Position numbers and translations under genes: made by a program. Of a DNA stretch of 57,151 bases, positions 35,678-45,477 are shown one piece after another (position 1 is the first letter of the stretch; each line of letters begins with the position of its first letter). This DNA comes from a virus, in IMG/VR virus record IMGVR_UViG_3300035211_000082, positions 1-57,151 of that record. One strand, written 5' to 3'. A model generated the notes under the pieces. The model was not told the origin of the DNA. It saw only the letters and a list, made by a program, of their open reading frames with translations, and made no database searches.

Positions 35678-37093
35678 TTATGCTGTTGCAGTAATAGCTC
35701 CATCAGTTGATAGCTTTTTATATTTACAATAAAAAGTAACTTCACCTGTAATAGCTGCGCTTGCAACTCCTCTTATTTTGCCATTACCTGTGCCACCGCC
35801 ATCAGATAATTCAATTTTTCTACTTTGACCCTGACTAACATTTCCTGCTGTAACAGCAAGAGCATTAGCAAAAGTTCCATCAATAGCTAAATTAGTTCCA
35901 ATAACTTTATCTTGTATAGATGTTGTAGTACATAAGTCTGTTGCCGTAGTTCCATCATAAAAATCAAATTTATATGTACAAGCTGCATCTTCTGTAGCTG
36001 TCGTAACTACACCATAAATACTTTCTATTTCTACTTCACCTACTAGGTCAAACAAGTTGGTATTACCATTTGCAACGCTTGAAACAGATTTTGTTACAAC
36101 ATCTGGAATCTTAGAAGTTATTTGTGCAGGTATTGTTGTACCTGTATCTACTAAAATATCATCTACTATCCCATCAACTGTTGACAAAGCTGTCGCTATT
36201 GCTCCAACATCATCGCCTGCAACAGAAAACCCAGATCCAGCATTTCCACCAGAAAAACTACTCATTGCTTCAAGGTCGTAACAATTTCTTACTATAACAG
36301 TTGAATCACCATCTGTATCTACTACATTCAATGATAAATCAGATGTACCTGCAACTCGGAATAAACAATTGTCTATAATTCCATTTATTCCAGTAGAAGC
36401 AATTTCTATTACACCAGTTCCGCATAATGTTATAAATGCACATTTTCTAATTTCAAAATCACTAACATCTGTAAGATTAAAAATTGATTTGCTTGCATCG
36501 CCGGTTGATACATCGCCTATATGTTTGTGGCCATATGCTTTAAATCTGCTTGCTGTAGTTGTAACAGTAAATGCATCAATAACTTCTTTAGCTGCCGCAT
36601 CTCTAGTCTCGCAATTTATGAGTTTGCAGTCAGCACCACTGATTGTGCCGTACGTAACTACTGAATCAATCCCAGTTACGAATAAAACATTATATATTGT
36701 TACATTTGCAGCACTTATTGTTGTTGTGGCTCCTGTATGCGAAAATGTAAGCGTAGCTCTGTCACTACCTTCTCCCAAGCCAATGATAGTAATACCAGCA
36801 ACATCAGCAACAAATTTAGCGCCTGTAGTTGTATAAGTTTCAGAATGAGATTCAGCAAGTATAATTGTATCACCTTGATTTGCAGTACATTTATTTATAG
36901 CTCCATCTATTGAAGCTAAAGGCTTAGACCATGATCTACCGCTATTTGTATCAGCAGCGTTACTGGCGTCTGAGTCAACATAATATGTTGTGCCTGTCCC
37001 TGCAAATATAGCTTTATTTCCAATTTCAAGTTGATTGTTTACTTTAAGTTTGTTTGTAGTTACTTTTCTAAAATAACCTATAAAATTATCCAT
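35678..37093 (-). CDS. structural protein, probably beta-helix rich (head- or virion-associated)
   Basis: 471 aa, Gly/Thr/Ala/Val-rich with recurrent short beta-like segments; directly downstream of the capsid gene. Confidence 0.4.
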   Translation of the reverse strand: MDNFIGYFRKVTTNKLKVNNQLEIGNKAIFAGTGTTYYVDSDASNAADTNSGRSWSKPLASIDGAINKCTANQGDTIILAESHSETYTTTGAKFVADVAGITIIGLGEGSDRATLTFSHTGATTTISAANVTIYNVLFVTGIDSVVTYGTISGADCKLINCETRDAAAKEVIDAFTVTTTASRFKAYGHKHIGDVSTGDASKSIFNLTDVSDFEIRKCAFITLCGTGVIEIASTGINGIIDNCLFRVAGTSDLSLNVVDTDGDSTVIVRNCYDLEAMSSFSGGNAGSGFSVAGDDVGAIATALSTVDGIVDDILVDTGTTIPAQITSKIPDVVTKSVSSVANGNTNLFDLVGEVEIESIYGVVTTATEDAACTYKFDFYDGTTATDLCTTTSIQDKVIGTNLAIDGTFANALAVTAGNVSQGQSRKIELSDGGGTGNGKIRGVASAAITGEVTFYCKYKKLSTDGAITATA

Positions 37094-37166
37094 AATTTGT
37101 ATTACACTCCTTTATGGAAAAGTCTCGTAATATTTAAAATATTACGGAATTTAGTTAATATTATAT

Positions 37167-37194
37167 ATAGTTCGTTTGCCGGCAAAAGGATTAA
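37167..37194. repeat. Dyad motif TTTGCCGGCAAA
   Basis: atagttcgtttgccggcaaaaggattaa; its purine arm abuts the capsid stop codon. Confidence 0.85.
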
Positions 37195-38123
37195 GATATA
37201 CAATCTTCTAACAAGTAACCTAAATCTGATCCTGTGATTTTTACATCATATCGCATAAAAGCTTCGTAAACATCACTATGTATATCTTCATCTCTCCATG
37301 TCCTAATACCACGCATTTGTCCTTGATCAGGCCATACAAAAGTATAAAGAGCTGTTGGTACTTCAATTCCTGGTGTAGGAGCAACATGACCTAGCCATAC
37401 ATCACCACTCCAAACATTTGAATAGCTCGCTGTTTGACCTAAATTTGCAGTGTTAATAGTTGTATTGCCGATCGAAATGTCTTGTATTTCAAAAATAGAC
37501 TTTAATAAATCTAAAGTTGCAGATTTGACATCATTCGAACTCATCCTTTCAAGAAGCTGTGGATGATGTTTTAATTTTTTCCAAACATTTTTTGAAATGA
37601 TCATTTTATTTACTTTTTGCCCTGTGTTGTCCTCAACTGTAGAAATAGCTGTTTCTATATCATCGATCGGATCCGAATTTTCGTAGTCATCCCATAGTAC
37701 AGTTGGAGTTGTATAATTTGATCCCCAGTTCGAGTTTGTAGTTACAGCACTCGCAACGTCTTGCTCAAATTTCAGCAAAATTTTATCAGTTACAAAATTC
37801 ACCTTATTTGTTTCCATTCTTAAAATAGCATCAGCATTTTGCCTTGTTTCATCTGCAAGAATTGTAGAATCTGCTACTTCTTCACAAAAGTACGTGCTAG
37901 TACTTAAAGCAAATCCATGCCTTTTAGAGGCCGAGCCTGGCGCTCTTTTTTGTGCTGTACTCCTAAATTGATCTGCTTTATTAAACACATAATATTTGTT
38001 CGACTCATTCATTACCTCTACCATCGGAGCCACTGAATCCCCAATGTAATTCATGTTTCTATACATAATCGAAATATTGCTTAAGGGTATGTCAACATGT
38101 GCATCAGACGCTGTTGGTCTCAT
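37191..38123 (-). CDS. major capsid protein (Mu gpT / gpE-like HK97 fold)
   Basis: 310 aa; follows the protease-scaffold and DUF2190-like genes; N-term ...LSNISIMYRNMNYIGDSVAPMVEV.NESNKYYVF typical of this family. Confidence 0.7.
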   Translation of the reverse strand: MRPTASDAHVDIPLSNISIMYRNMNYIGDSVAPMVEVMNESNKYYVFNKADQFRSTAQKRAPGSASKRHGFALSTSTYFCEEVADSTILADETRQNADAILRMETNKVNFVTDKILLKFEQDVASAVTTNSNWGSNYTTPTVLWDDYENSDPIDDIETAISTVEDNTGQKVNKMIISKNVWKKLKHHPQLLERMSSNDVKSATLDLLKSIFEIQDISIGNTTINTANLGQTASYSNVWSGDVWLGHVAPTPGIEVPTALYTFVWPDQGQMRGIRTWRDEDIHSDVYEAFMRYDVKITGSDLGYLLEDCIS

Positions 38124-38152
38124 AGTCTCACTTCCTTTTATTTAAAAATTAA

Positions 38153-38548
38153 TTAGCCATTGTCACCTGATCCAGATAGTGATCCACCAATACATAATAG
38201 TGCTGAAAATACATCATTATCAACAGCCGCTTCTAATGCAATTGCAGAATATTCAGCATCATCGCTTGTAGTAGCAACCGCATCACCACTAGCGTCAGGA
38301 GTTAGTTTTGCAAGTCTTGTAATGGTTCCGCCTGCTACCAAATTGGTAACCCCCATTACCATAACATTTGCAGGTCTTCCGCTTTCGGGATTATTTTGTA
38401 ATACTCCTACTGCTGCTTCAGCTGAATCGCATAACTCACAAGTTGTATCACTAGCTAAATTTACAAATCTGTATTGTCCAGCAGTTGACAGATCTTCAGC
38501 TGCTTCAAATGTTAAGTTTAAAACACTTTTTTCGCCATGTACTGCCAT
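38153..38548 (-). CDS. head decoration/cement protein (DUF2190-like)
   Basis: 131 aa; GVLQNNPESGRPANVMVMGVTNLVAGG pattern. Confidence 0.55.
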   Translation of the reverse strand: MAVHGEKSVLNLTFEAAEDLSTAGQYRFVNLASDTTCELCDSAEAAVGVLQNNPESGRPANVMVMGVTNLVAGGTITRLAKLTPDASGDAVATTSDDAEYSAIALEAAVDNDVFSALLCIGGSLSGSGDNG

Positions 38549-39864
38549 TATAATCCTCTCCTTTCGTTTCTGTATGCTTCGAATAACTCTGGAGTTTCTC
38601 TTGTTACTTTTTCCATAGCCTTGTCATATTCAAGCTTATTAGTTTCCATGCATTTTATTACAGCTGCATTAAACTTATCTCCTGCTCCAGTTCCGGATAC
38701 TTCATTATCGCCCCTGCTTGAACCATTTTCACCCATGTTTACTACAGGTTGCAATGTTTCCATAAGAGCTATAGTGCCTTCTTTGTCTTTCAAATAAGCT
38801 GCTTTAAATTTTTCAGCCATTGCTGGAGTCATAACCCCTTCACTTAATTTTCTTTCGGCTAATATTTCCCAATCTTTTTCATTTAATTTGTTTTCAACTT
38901 TTAGAATTCTTTCAGATAATTTTATATTTGTTTGATCTAAGTCATTTTTTTTATTTTCAGATTCGCTTAATTTTTTTGTTAATTCATCATTTTCTTTTTT
39001 TATTTTTTTTGAATTTTCAATTAAATCTTCGTTGTCTTCTGACAATTTTTTCAAATCTACAAGTTGCTTATTAATAGCCTCGTTTACCTGATCTTCTGTA
39101 GCATTTTCGTCAAGTTTCAATGCCTTTAAGATATTTTCATTAAATTTCATTACGCTTTCCTCCTTGTCGGATTTAAACGGCGCAATACCTGTAAGTGTCT
39201 CCTTGTACACTTCTTCCGATAATAGCACTGGTGCCATATTTTTTATAAATGGTTTGTTCGTAAGGCTTCCGCCCATCAGAACGTTATTAAACTTTTTGTT
39301 AGACTCTAGGTCTGTATATTGAAATACAAACTCAGGACTAAAATATTTATACTGTTTAGATTGTACCATATCTTTGCCAAAATTTGTCCATTCAATTTCG
39401 GCTAACAATCTTTTATTATCTTTTTTTAAGCTTTTAATCCATCCAATTGCAGCCCCTTTGTGGCTAGTTTCGCCATGTTCAAGATCGATCGCAATTTGGA
39501 TACCTCGAACATTTTCATCAAAACTTTTTATAAATCCATTTAGATTGTCTTCTGTAATTTGAAAATCTCCATATTTTGGATGGCTCCAAGAGCCTGTCCT
39601 CATGATTTCGATATCTGAATTAGTTTCAGACAAAGATAATTTAGTAAAATAATGTATTAATTCTAATTCGTCGGCTTTAATCCATTGGTCATTTTCTTTT
39701 TTATAGCCAGCATTGCCAACCGCCGACCATGCTATTTTAATAGCAGATTCTTCATTTTTATTTTTTGAATAATCTGAATTAAAGGCAGCTAACCATATTT
39801 CTTTTGCTTTTGCTGGCAGTCTTTTTGTATTTTCTGACAAATCTTTTATTGAGTTGTAAGGCAT
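38548..39864 (-). CDS. prohead protease / scaffold fusion (Mu gpI-like) with ChaB-like N-terminus
   Basis: 438 aa; RTGSWSHPKYGDFQITEDNLNGFIKSF...IDLEHGE; C-terminal long coiled coil. Confidence 0.6.
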   Translation of the reverse strand: MPYNSIKDLSENTKRLPAKAKEIWLAAFNSDYSKNKNEESAIKIAWSAVGNAGYKKENDQWIKADELELIHYFTKLSLSETNSDIEIMRTGSWSHPKYGDFQITEDNLNGFIKSFDENVRGIQIAIDLEHGETSHKGAAIGWIKSLKKDNKRLLAEIEWTNFGKDMVQSKQYKYFSPEFVFQYTDLESNKKFNNVLMGGSLTNKPFIKNMAPVLLSEEVYKETLTGIAPFKSDKEESVMKFNENILKALKLDENATEDQVNEAINKQLVDLKKLSEDNEDLIENSKKIKKENDELTKKLSESENKKNDLDQTNIKLSERILKVENKLNEKDWEILAERKLSEGVMTPAMAEKFKAAYLKDKEGTIALMETLQPVVNMGENGSSRGDNEVSGTGAGDKFNAAVIKCMETNKLEYDKAMEKVTRETPELFEAYRNERRGL

Positions 39865-39925
39865 TTTTAATCACCTTCTTTTATTAATTAATTTTAGCAT
39901 TAAACAAAACTAGACTTTTGTATAA

Positions 39926-40759
39926 TTAAATATTAGCTGCTAATTGATTATAATTACTATACTCATTTGAATTAAATATAAGAATACTTTTAATATGCCC
40001 ATTAAAATAAACACTTCCACCCGCTCTATTTCCTATAACGAAAAATTGTCTATTTGTTAATGTTATGTTTGCAGTTGCACTATCTGAAGCATATCCTATA
40101 TTAGATTTAACTTGATTAGTTCCTTTGCCTTGCCAATTGACAATATGCTTATTTTGCGAATTTATATTTTGATTCGTTGAAGTATATATATTAAATCCAT
40201 TCATAAGAAATTGCATGTTTGCATTATTTGACAAGTTTGAAAATTGAATATCTGAAACTGTACTTAAGTTTTTAGTTAAAACATAACCTATATGTAATAT
40301 TAAAACTTTATAATTAATATAAATCGTCAACGGTGGATTTATTATTTGAATATCTGAATAATCATCAACTAACATATAATCATTACTACCATCAAATTTA
40401 ACACCATTTTCTTGCCAAACTCCAGAAACAACAATCTTTGGAGCTTTATTAACATCTGCTTGATAAGCTTTTTCTCCTGAAGCCGTTTCAGAATAACAAT
40501 CATGTAGTAAAACATCACCACCATTTGCCCAAGCTGCGATTTCAGAAGAATTTATATTTCCATTGCTATCATAATCAGAAGTATGGATATAATCAGTTGC
40601 TGAGTCAGTGGTTCTTTTAATATATAATTTATTTCCTTCATATGTGTTCGTCAATCTCTTATAAGGTAAAAAATCATATTTACAGTTATTGACAATATTT
40701 AACGTGTCTAATATACCTTTATATCCACCCATTAACCTTATTCTTTTAGAACTAATCAT
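39926..40759 (-). CDS. LamG/concanavalin-like domain protein (tentative)
   Basis: 277 aa; ...VKFDGSNDYMLVDD...GGSVYFNGHIKSILIFN resembles LamG jelly-roll signatures. Confidence 0.35.
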   Translation of the reverse strand: MISSKRIRLMGGYKGILDTLNIVNNCKYDFLPYKRLTNTYEGNKLYIKRTTDSATDYIHTSDYDSNGNINSSEIAAWANGGDVLLHDCYSETASGEKAYQADVNKAPKIVVSGVWQENGVKFDGSNDYMLVDDYSDIQIINPPLTIYINYKVLILHIGYVLTKNLSTVSDIQFSNLSNNANMQFLMNGFNIYTSTNQNINSQNKHIVNWQGKGTNQVKSNIGYASDSATANITLTNRQFFVIGNRAGGSVYFNGHIKSILIFNSNEYSNYNQLAANI

Positions 40760-41268
40760 GCAGCGATCACCTCTAAAGAGATATCAATTACATCTTCACT
40801 TGCTGGAGTAAAAGCACCATTTGTCACCAATTGTCCATATATTGAAGTACTATCTGTCGCTAATTTTCTTTTTATATTCACACTATCTACATGCGTAACT
40901 AAAACATCACCCAAATCTGTAGGCAAAGTTATTGTTATGCTACCTAGATATTTATCCTTATCTGCACTTGCCAATGACCATGCCGCATTATCTGCAATTG
41001 CCGTTGGAGCTGCATTAAATAAGTGCAAAGTAAATGTTGACATACTGGCTGGTACTGCATTTGCATTATATACTAACCTACTTCCTGTTATATAAAAATG
41101 TTCACCAGCGGTCGGCAAAACATCTTCGAACTCGATATTTGTTGCTGGACTAGTCCCGAACACGTCGCCAGCTGTATAAGCTGTTGTATTGTCAGGTCTT
41201 GTTATTGTCGCAGATGGGTTGCCGCATGGACTTTTTACATATTTGCCATCTATTCTTCTTGTAGTCAA
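40756..41268 (-). CDS. structural-module protein (170 aa)
   Basis: position. Confidence 0.45.
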   Translation of the reverse strand: MTTRRIDGKYVKSPCGNPSATITRPDNTTAYTAGDVFGTSPATNIEFEDVLPTAGEHFYITGSRLVYNANAVPASMSTFTLHLFNAAPTAIADNAAWSLASADKDKYLGSITITLPTDLGDVLVTHVDSVNIKRKLATDSTSIYGQLVTNGAFTPASEDVIDISLEVIAA

Positions 41269-41272
41269 ATAA

Positions 41273-41680
41273 TCACTCCTTTTCTTTTTGAGTGCTTTCT
41301 ATTATTTCTTTAATAATATTTCCTAATGTTTCATCCTCGGTCGAAATATAATTTTTGCCGACCAAATATCCGTGCTGTAATATCAAATTTTCATCAATAT
41401 CATTCCATTGATAATTTGGTTGATTTGTCTCTTGTTCGTCATAATATACCCAAATACATCTACAACGATTGTGTATAGGTGGCATATGGTTTTGATGTTC
41501 GGAACTGCCTACCTCAACCACACTGCCGTCAAGTTCTCTACACAATGGACATGTTTTTTTGTCTAAAATTGCGTAATATTCAGCCTTTTTACATTTACTT
41601 ATAGCTGTTCTATCTCTACCTAAATTTACCATATTTGCCAATCCTGACATTTGGTCATTAATAATATCATCATAAATCAT
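41273..41680 (-). CDS. Mu F / SPP1 gp7-like minor head protein domain
   Basis: KKTCPLCRELDGSVV...PPIHNRCRCIWVY, conserved C-terminal motif of the family. Confidence 0.6.
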   Translation of the reverse strand: MIYDDIINDQMSGLANMVNLGRDRTAISKCKKAEYYAILDKKTCPLCRELDGSVVEVGSSEHQNHMPPIHNRCRCIWVYYDEQETNQPNYQWNDIDENLILQHGYLVGKNYISTEDETLGNIIKEIIESTQKEKE

Positions 41681-43482
41681 TTTTTAATATTCCTCATGAT
41701 TTTTTTAGTTATTTTTTCTGTATCTCCTAAATCTTTACTAATTAAATACTCATTTAAAAATCTAGTTTTAATTCTTTCTGATAAATTGTTAGCTACTATG
41801 CTAGCCTTCGCTTTTAGTATATCATTGTCTAGCTTTGGCTTGTAATCTGTTTTAATTTCTTTTTGCATTTGCTTAACGCCTCTGTTAAAAGCGTCCTCAA
41901 ATGCATCAATTACAAAGTTTGTCATTGCGCCTTTATATCCGACTTCTATTTTTGCTATTTCGGATAACTTTATATTTTTAGCTTTATTGACTAAATCTTT
42001 TATTTGCTTTTCAACTATTATTCTAGCCGCATTAAAAAACTTAGATTCTATATTGTCAAAATCCTTTTCTATGTTTAGAAAGCTTGCAGGTTCAGACATT
42101 TTTTTAATTTTTTCGTCTTTGTTATTTTCTTGCTTATTTTCACCTATTTCTTTTTCTTTTTCTAGGATTTCTTCATCTTTGTTCTCATCTGTTTTATCTT
42201 GGTTTTTATTATTTTGTATCTCAATCTTATTTTTTTCAAAAGTTTCTGAATCATGATTTTCTCCTTTGCCGGCAAAAGAACTATTATAGCTATTCGACTC
42301 TTTGGATTTCTCTGGTAATTCCATCATGTCCCGTAACCAATCCTCTAAATCTCTGTCAGGAATTATAAGATTTCCATCGACCATATTTTTTAATGTTTCA
42401 AGTATTTTATTATTGCCTAAAGGCTTAAAACAAAGTTTAGGATATAAATCACTATTAAAATTAAACTCAATCAATTGAGGGATAGCTTCAGTATTTATTA
42501 CATTTGCTATATACTTAGCTATTGCACCCAACATCATTAAAAACAATTCAGTTTGGTCTTTAGATAATGCAAAACTACCGGCACTATTTGAACCCAAATT
42601 CATAAATTGAGCTAGAATGCTCCTAGAAATTAACAAGTCTTGATGTTCTATGTATGGTAATACGTCTACCATCGTGCGCTTGCCCTCGAAAAGTTCTAAT
42701 AAAAAACCTTCAGGTAACGTAATCCCGCCATATTGATTGCTCCTAAGATCTGTCACTATTTTTTTTGCTCTTGCATAATCAGCTTCATCATAATTTTGAG
42801 GCAGGGTTATTACTGGAGTCCCTACAAAATTTCTTTCTATTCCAATATTAGTTATCTTATACAAGAAATCTTTTATTGACCAATGCTTATAGGCGGTTCT
42901 TAGCACACTGCGACCTCTATAGTCTCCTTGTTTCATATCATGCGTAAATACAATCAATTTTTGTTTTGGCATTTTAACTCTAGTGTAAGATGGTTGATAT
43001 ATCCATTGTTCTACATCTGTTAAATCGCCAAATTTATTATATAAAAAATCATATAAAGTTGATTGTGGCCTTGGTGCAAACTTTTTCCATTGCAAGAAAT
43101 TGTTTTTAACTTCAAAAACTTTTTCAAATACCGCATGTCCATATGTAAACATCGAACATGACTCTTTTATAAAATCGTCAAAATGATTTTTCATACCCGA
43201 CGGCGGACCCTTAAATAAGTTATCTTCAATAAATTCTTTATTTTTTTTTGCTTGACTTGAATTATCTGCTGATTTCAAATACCAGCTTGTAGACCTTATC
43301 GGCAATTCTAACATTAATAAGGTTGCTTTTACTTGGGCATCTGATCTTTCCATTTTATTGTAAATTTCAATATCGCTAGGCCATTGCAAAGTTGACAGAT
43401 ATTCATCTGTCGGCAATGAATATTGAAATCTAGCTGAATAGCTTCTGCCAGTGCCTCCAAGTTCACCTCTTCTTGTCGCCAT
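41677..43482 (-). CDS. portal protein (Mu gp29/DUF935-like) with acidic/Lys-rich insert
   Basis: 601 aa; position between terminase side and MuF; N-term ...WPSDIEIYNKMERSDAQVKATLLMLELPI. Confidence 0.7.
   Translation of the reverse strand: MATRRGELGGTGRSYSARFQYSLPTDEYLSTLQWPSDIEIYNKMERSDAQVKATLLMLELPIRSTSWYLKSADNSSQAKKNKEFIEDNLFKGPPSGMKNHFDDFIKESCSMFTYGHAVFEKVFEVKNNFLQWKKFAPRPQSTLYDFLYNKFGDLTDVEQWIYQPSYTRVKMPKQKLIVFTHDMKQGDYRGRSVLRTAYKHWSIKDFLYKITNIGIERNFVGTPVITLPQNYDEADYARAKKIVTDLRSNQYGGITLPEGFLLELFEGKRTMVDVLPYIEHQDLLISRSILAQFMNLGSNSAGSFALSKDQTELFLMMLGAIAKYIANVINTEAIPQLIEFNFNSDLYPKLCFKPLGNNKILETLKNMVDGNLIIPDRDLEDWLRDMMELPEKSKESNSYNSSFAGKGENHDSETFEKNKIEIQNNKNQDKTDENKDEEILEKEKEIGENKQENNKDEKIKKMSEPASFLNIEKDFDNIESKFFNAARIIVEKQIKDLVNKAKNIKLSEIAKIEVGYKGAMTNFVIDAFEDAFNRGVKQMQKEIKTDYKPKLDNDILKAKASIVANNLSERIKTRFLNEYLISKDLGDTEKITKKIMRNIKK
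42257..42284. repeat. Dyad motif TTTGCCGGCAAA (inside portal CDS)
   Basis: ttttctcctttgccggcaaaagaactat; encodes ...SSFAGKGEN... Confidence 0.85.
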
Positions 43483-43501
43483 TTAATTACCCCTTTTGTT
43501 G

Positions 43502-44065
43502 TTATTTCCCATAATTTTCTTTCATAAATTTTACAACTTCTATAAATAGACTATTAATATTTTTATCTGCTTTATTTTCTTGTAACATTTTAGCAGTATT
43601 TAGTAATATATCATACTCTTTTTCGTCATATTTATATTTCATTTTACCTATTTCAATGCTTTTAATAATATTCCCGTTTTTATTTCTTTCTGTAGCTGCT
43701 AACCAATCGCACAGCATTTCTATTTTATCCAATGTAGTCATATTATTATATCCGCTATATTCAGGATGATGCCTATTATTGTTATAATGGTGCTTAATTG
43801 CAATTTGCATTTTGTCTAAATACTTTTTGTATTCATCAGAACCATATTCGCATTGTTTAAGCTTAGAAGTAAATATGTCATAGTAACCTTTTTCATATTT
43901 TCCCAATTTGCTTTTATCATGAATATTTGCTCTGTGTATAAAACTTTTCTCCAGCAAAGGAAGCTCAGTAACTACGAAATTTTCTTTTAACAATAATAAA
44001 AATCTTAATATCCAATATTCGACTCTGTTTCTGTGCAGCAATGTATCAAGTTTTGAATCATACAT
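43502..44065 (-). CDS. His/Asp-motif phage protein (HD-like, DUF5662-like; tentative)
   Basis: ggaggatcgaaaa ATG (MYDSKLD...); HRANIHDKSKL...HHYNNNRHHPEY. Confidence 0.35.
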   Translation of the reverse strand: MYDSKLDTLLHRNRVEYWILRFLLLLKENFVVTELPLLEKSFIHRANIHDKSKLGKYEKGYYDIFTSKLKQCEYGSDEYKKYLDKMQIAIKHHYNNNRHHPEYSGYNNMTTLDKIEMLCDWLAATERNKNGNIIKSIEIGKMKYKYDEKEYDILLNTAKMLQENKADKNINSLFIEVVKFMKENYGK

Positions 44066-44504
44066 TTTTCGATCCTCCACTTGATTTCGGTTCATATCTT
44101 TCTTCTTTGCCGGCATGGGCATTCATATTTTTCTTGCCTTCTTCTGAAACAATCCCAAATTTAGGTTTTTTCCTACTTGTTATCCCTTCTTTTTCTGCCA
44201 GTTCACACATTCTCAAAAATGCTTTAGTTTTCATTTGCTTTAAATAAAACAATGGGAAATTTTCTCCATTCGGCGCACTATAACTCATTGTTTTAATATG
44301 ATTCATTCTTGTATCATATTTAACGCAAGCATCTGCAAGTTTCATAAACTCTGCATTTTCATCTAGCACACTGTCATTATTGCCAATATTGGATTTACTA
44401 GTTTTAATTTTATCCATTTTTTTGTTTAATTTTTCAATTTCTTCTTTCAAAATTTCAATTTCAATCTGATTTTCATTTTCTAATTCATCATTTTTCTTTG
44501 TCAT
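44058..44504 (-). CDS. hypothetical protein (148 aa)
   Basis: N-terminal coiled coil; motif copy near the 3' end. Confidence 0.5.
   Translation of the reverse strand: MTKKNDELENENQIEIEILKEEIEKLNKKMDKIKTSKSNIGNNDSVLDENAEFMKLADACVKYDTRMNHIKTMSYSAPNGENFPLFYLKQMKTKAFLRMCELAEKEGITSRKKPKFGIVSEEGKKNMNAHAGKEERYEPKSSGGSKNV
44098..44113 (-). repeat. CCGGCAAA motif copy (inside CDS)
   Basis: rc ccggcaaagaagaaag. Confidence 0.8.
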
Positions 44505-44627
44505 ATTGTTGCTCCTTTATGCTTTTATTTTTATTATAGCATAACTTGTTTTAGAGCATAATAAAACACCTAGTTTTTAGTTAGGTGTTTTTATGTAATG
44601 TAAACTATTTATTTAAATTTATTGTTA

Positions 44628-45329
44628 TTATCTTTTTATTTTCACGCTTCCGCCTGCATCTATATCTCCGGTAACGTTTTCACAACTGCATGATCTTTCC
44701 CTTTTATTTAATAATTTAGGTGTATATTTATTATATAGCAATGTTTTAATCACGCTTGTATCTTGTGTAATTTCAAATAATTTTACATAATCCTCTAATA
44801 CCATTTTACGTAAATCTTTCATGTCTTCACTCATATCATTTTTCTTTACCATTTTTTTAAATCCAAAAGCATTACTAACAGCTTTGTTTGTTACTGAATT
44901 AGCTTTAATATAATTTATTTTTGCTGTTTGTTCTTCGGTTGGCAATAAATCGTGCAATAATGTCATAGCTTGTTTTTGATGTTCTTTATCTTGTTTAACA
45001 TTTTTGTATTTTTGAATTTGATTTGATAATTCTTCAACTTTTTCTATTAATAAATGTCTAATTTTAGCATTATATCTTGAAGCAATTTGTAACATGCCTT
45101 TTTTGGAAAGTTTATAATGCGCATTTGATATTATGCTGTTAACATTAGTATTTTCAACGAGCTCAAAAATGAGCTCCGTCGATATATGATTGCTATTGAG
45201 CTCTATAATTTCTTCTCTAATATCTCTCATTACATTTTTATGATCTTTGTTTGCCCATTTAGCTATATCCAATGATACCCAATTAAACCCATCATGTCTT
45301 AATAAAATTAATCCTAATTCTCTATTCAT
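44628..45329 (-). CDS. Rha/antirepressor-like regulatory protein
   Basis: 233 aa; LDIAKWANKDHKNVMRDIREEI...; carries the same structured leader as 18913..19599. Confidence 0.5.
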   Translation of the reverse strand: MNRELGLILLRHDGFNWVSLDIAKWANKDHKNVMRDIREEIIELNSNHISTELIFELVENTNVNSIISNAHYKLSKKGMLQIASRYNAKIRHLLIEKVEELSNQIQKYKNVKQDKEHQKQAMTLLHDLLPTEEQTAKINYIKANSVTNKAVSNAFGFKKMVKKNDMSEDMKDLRKMVLEDYVKLFEITQDTSVIKTLLYNKYTPKLLNKRERSCSCENVTGDIDAGGSVKIKR

Positions 45330-45455
45330 ATTTCCTCCATATAATAAAAGTATCTTTGTAAATCCAAATTTCCCAGCTCGAATTTACAAAGATACTATAA
45401 CTTATTATATGGATTATATTGGCTGGGAATCAATATAATCCATATAATTTATTAA
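45330..45455 (-). promoter_or_regulatory. structured 5' leader, copy B
   Basis: Hairpins 45406-45446 and 45350-45395; loop gctgggaa (45422-29) complements loop ttcccagc (45370-77). Stems differ from copy A but stay paired. Confidence 0.6.
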
Positions 45456-45477
45456 CTTAATACTATTATACTATATA

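Noticed and set aside
14426-42284. The TTTGCCGGCAAA dyads acting as RNA hairpin terminators
   Set aside because: The GCCGGC centre leaves only a 4-nt loop and 4 A-U/G-C pairs. The flanking pyrimidine and purine arms pair only via G-U on the plus strand and give C-A mismatches in the sense (minus) transcripts. Single half-sites cannot fold at all, and no U-runs follow.
43502-44504. 65-nt overlap of ORFs 44058-44504 and 43502-44122 as a programmed frameshift
   Set aside because: An internal ATG at 44065 with a perfect ggagga SD gives an ordinary 8-nt ATG/stop overlap, and there is no slippery heptamer.
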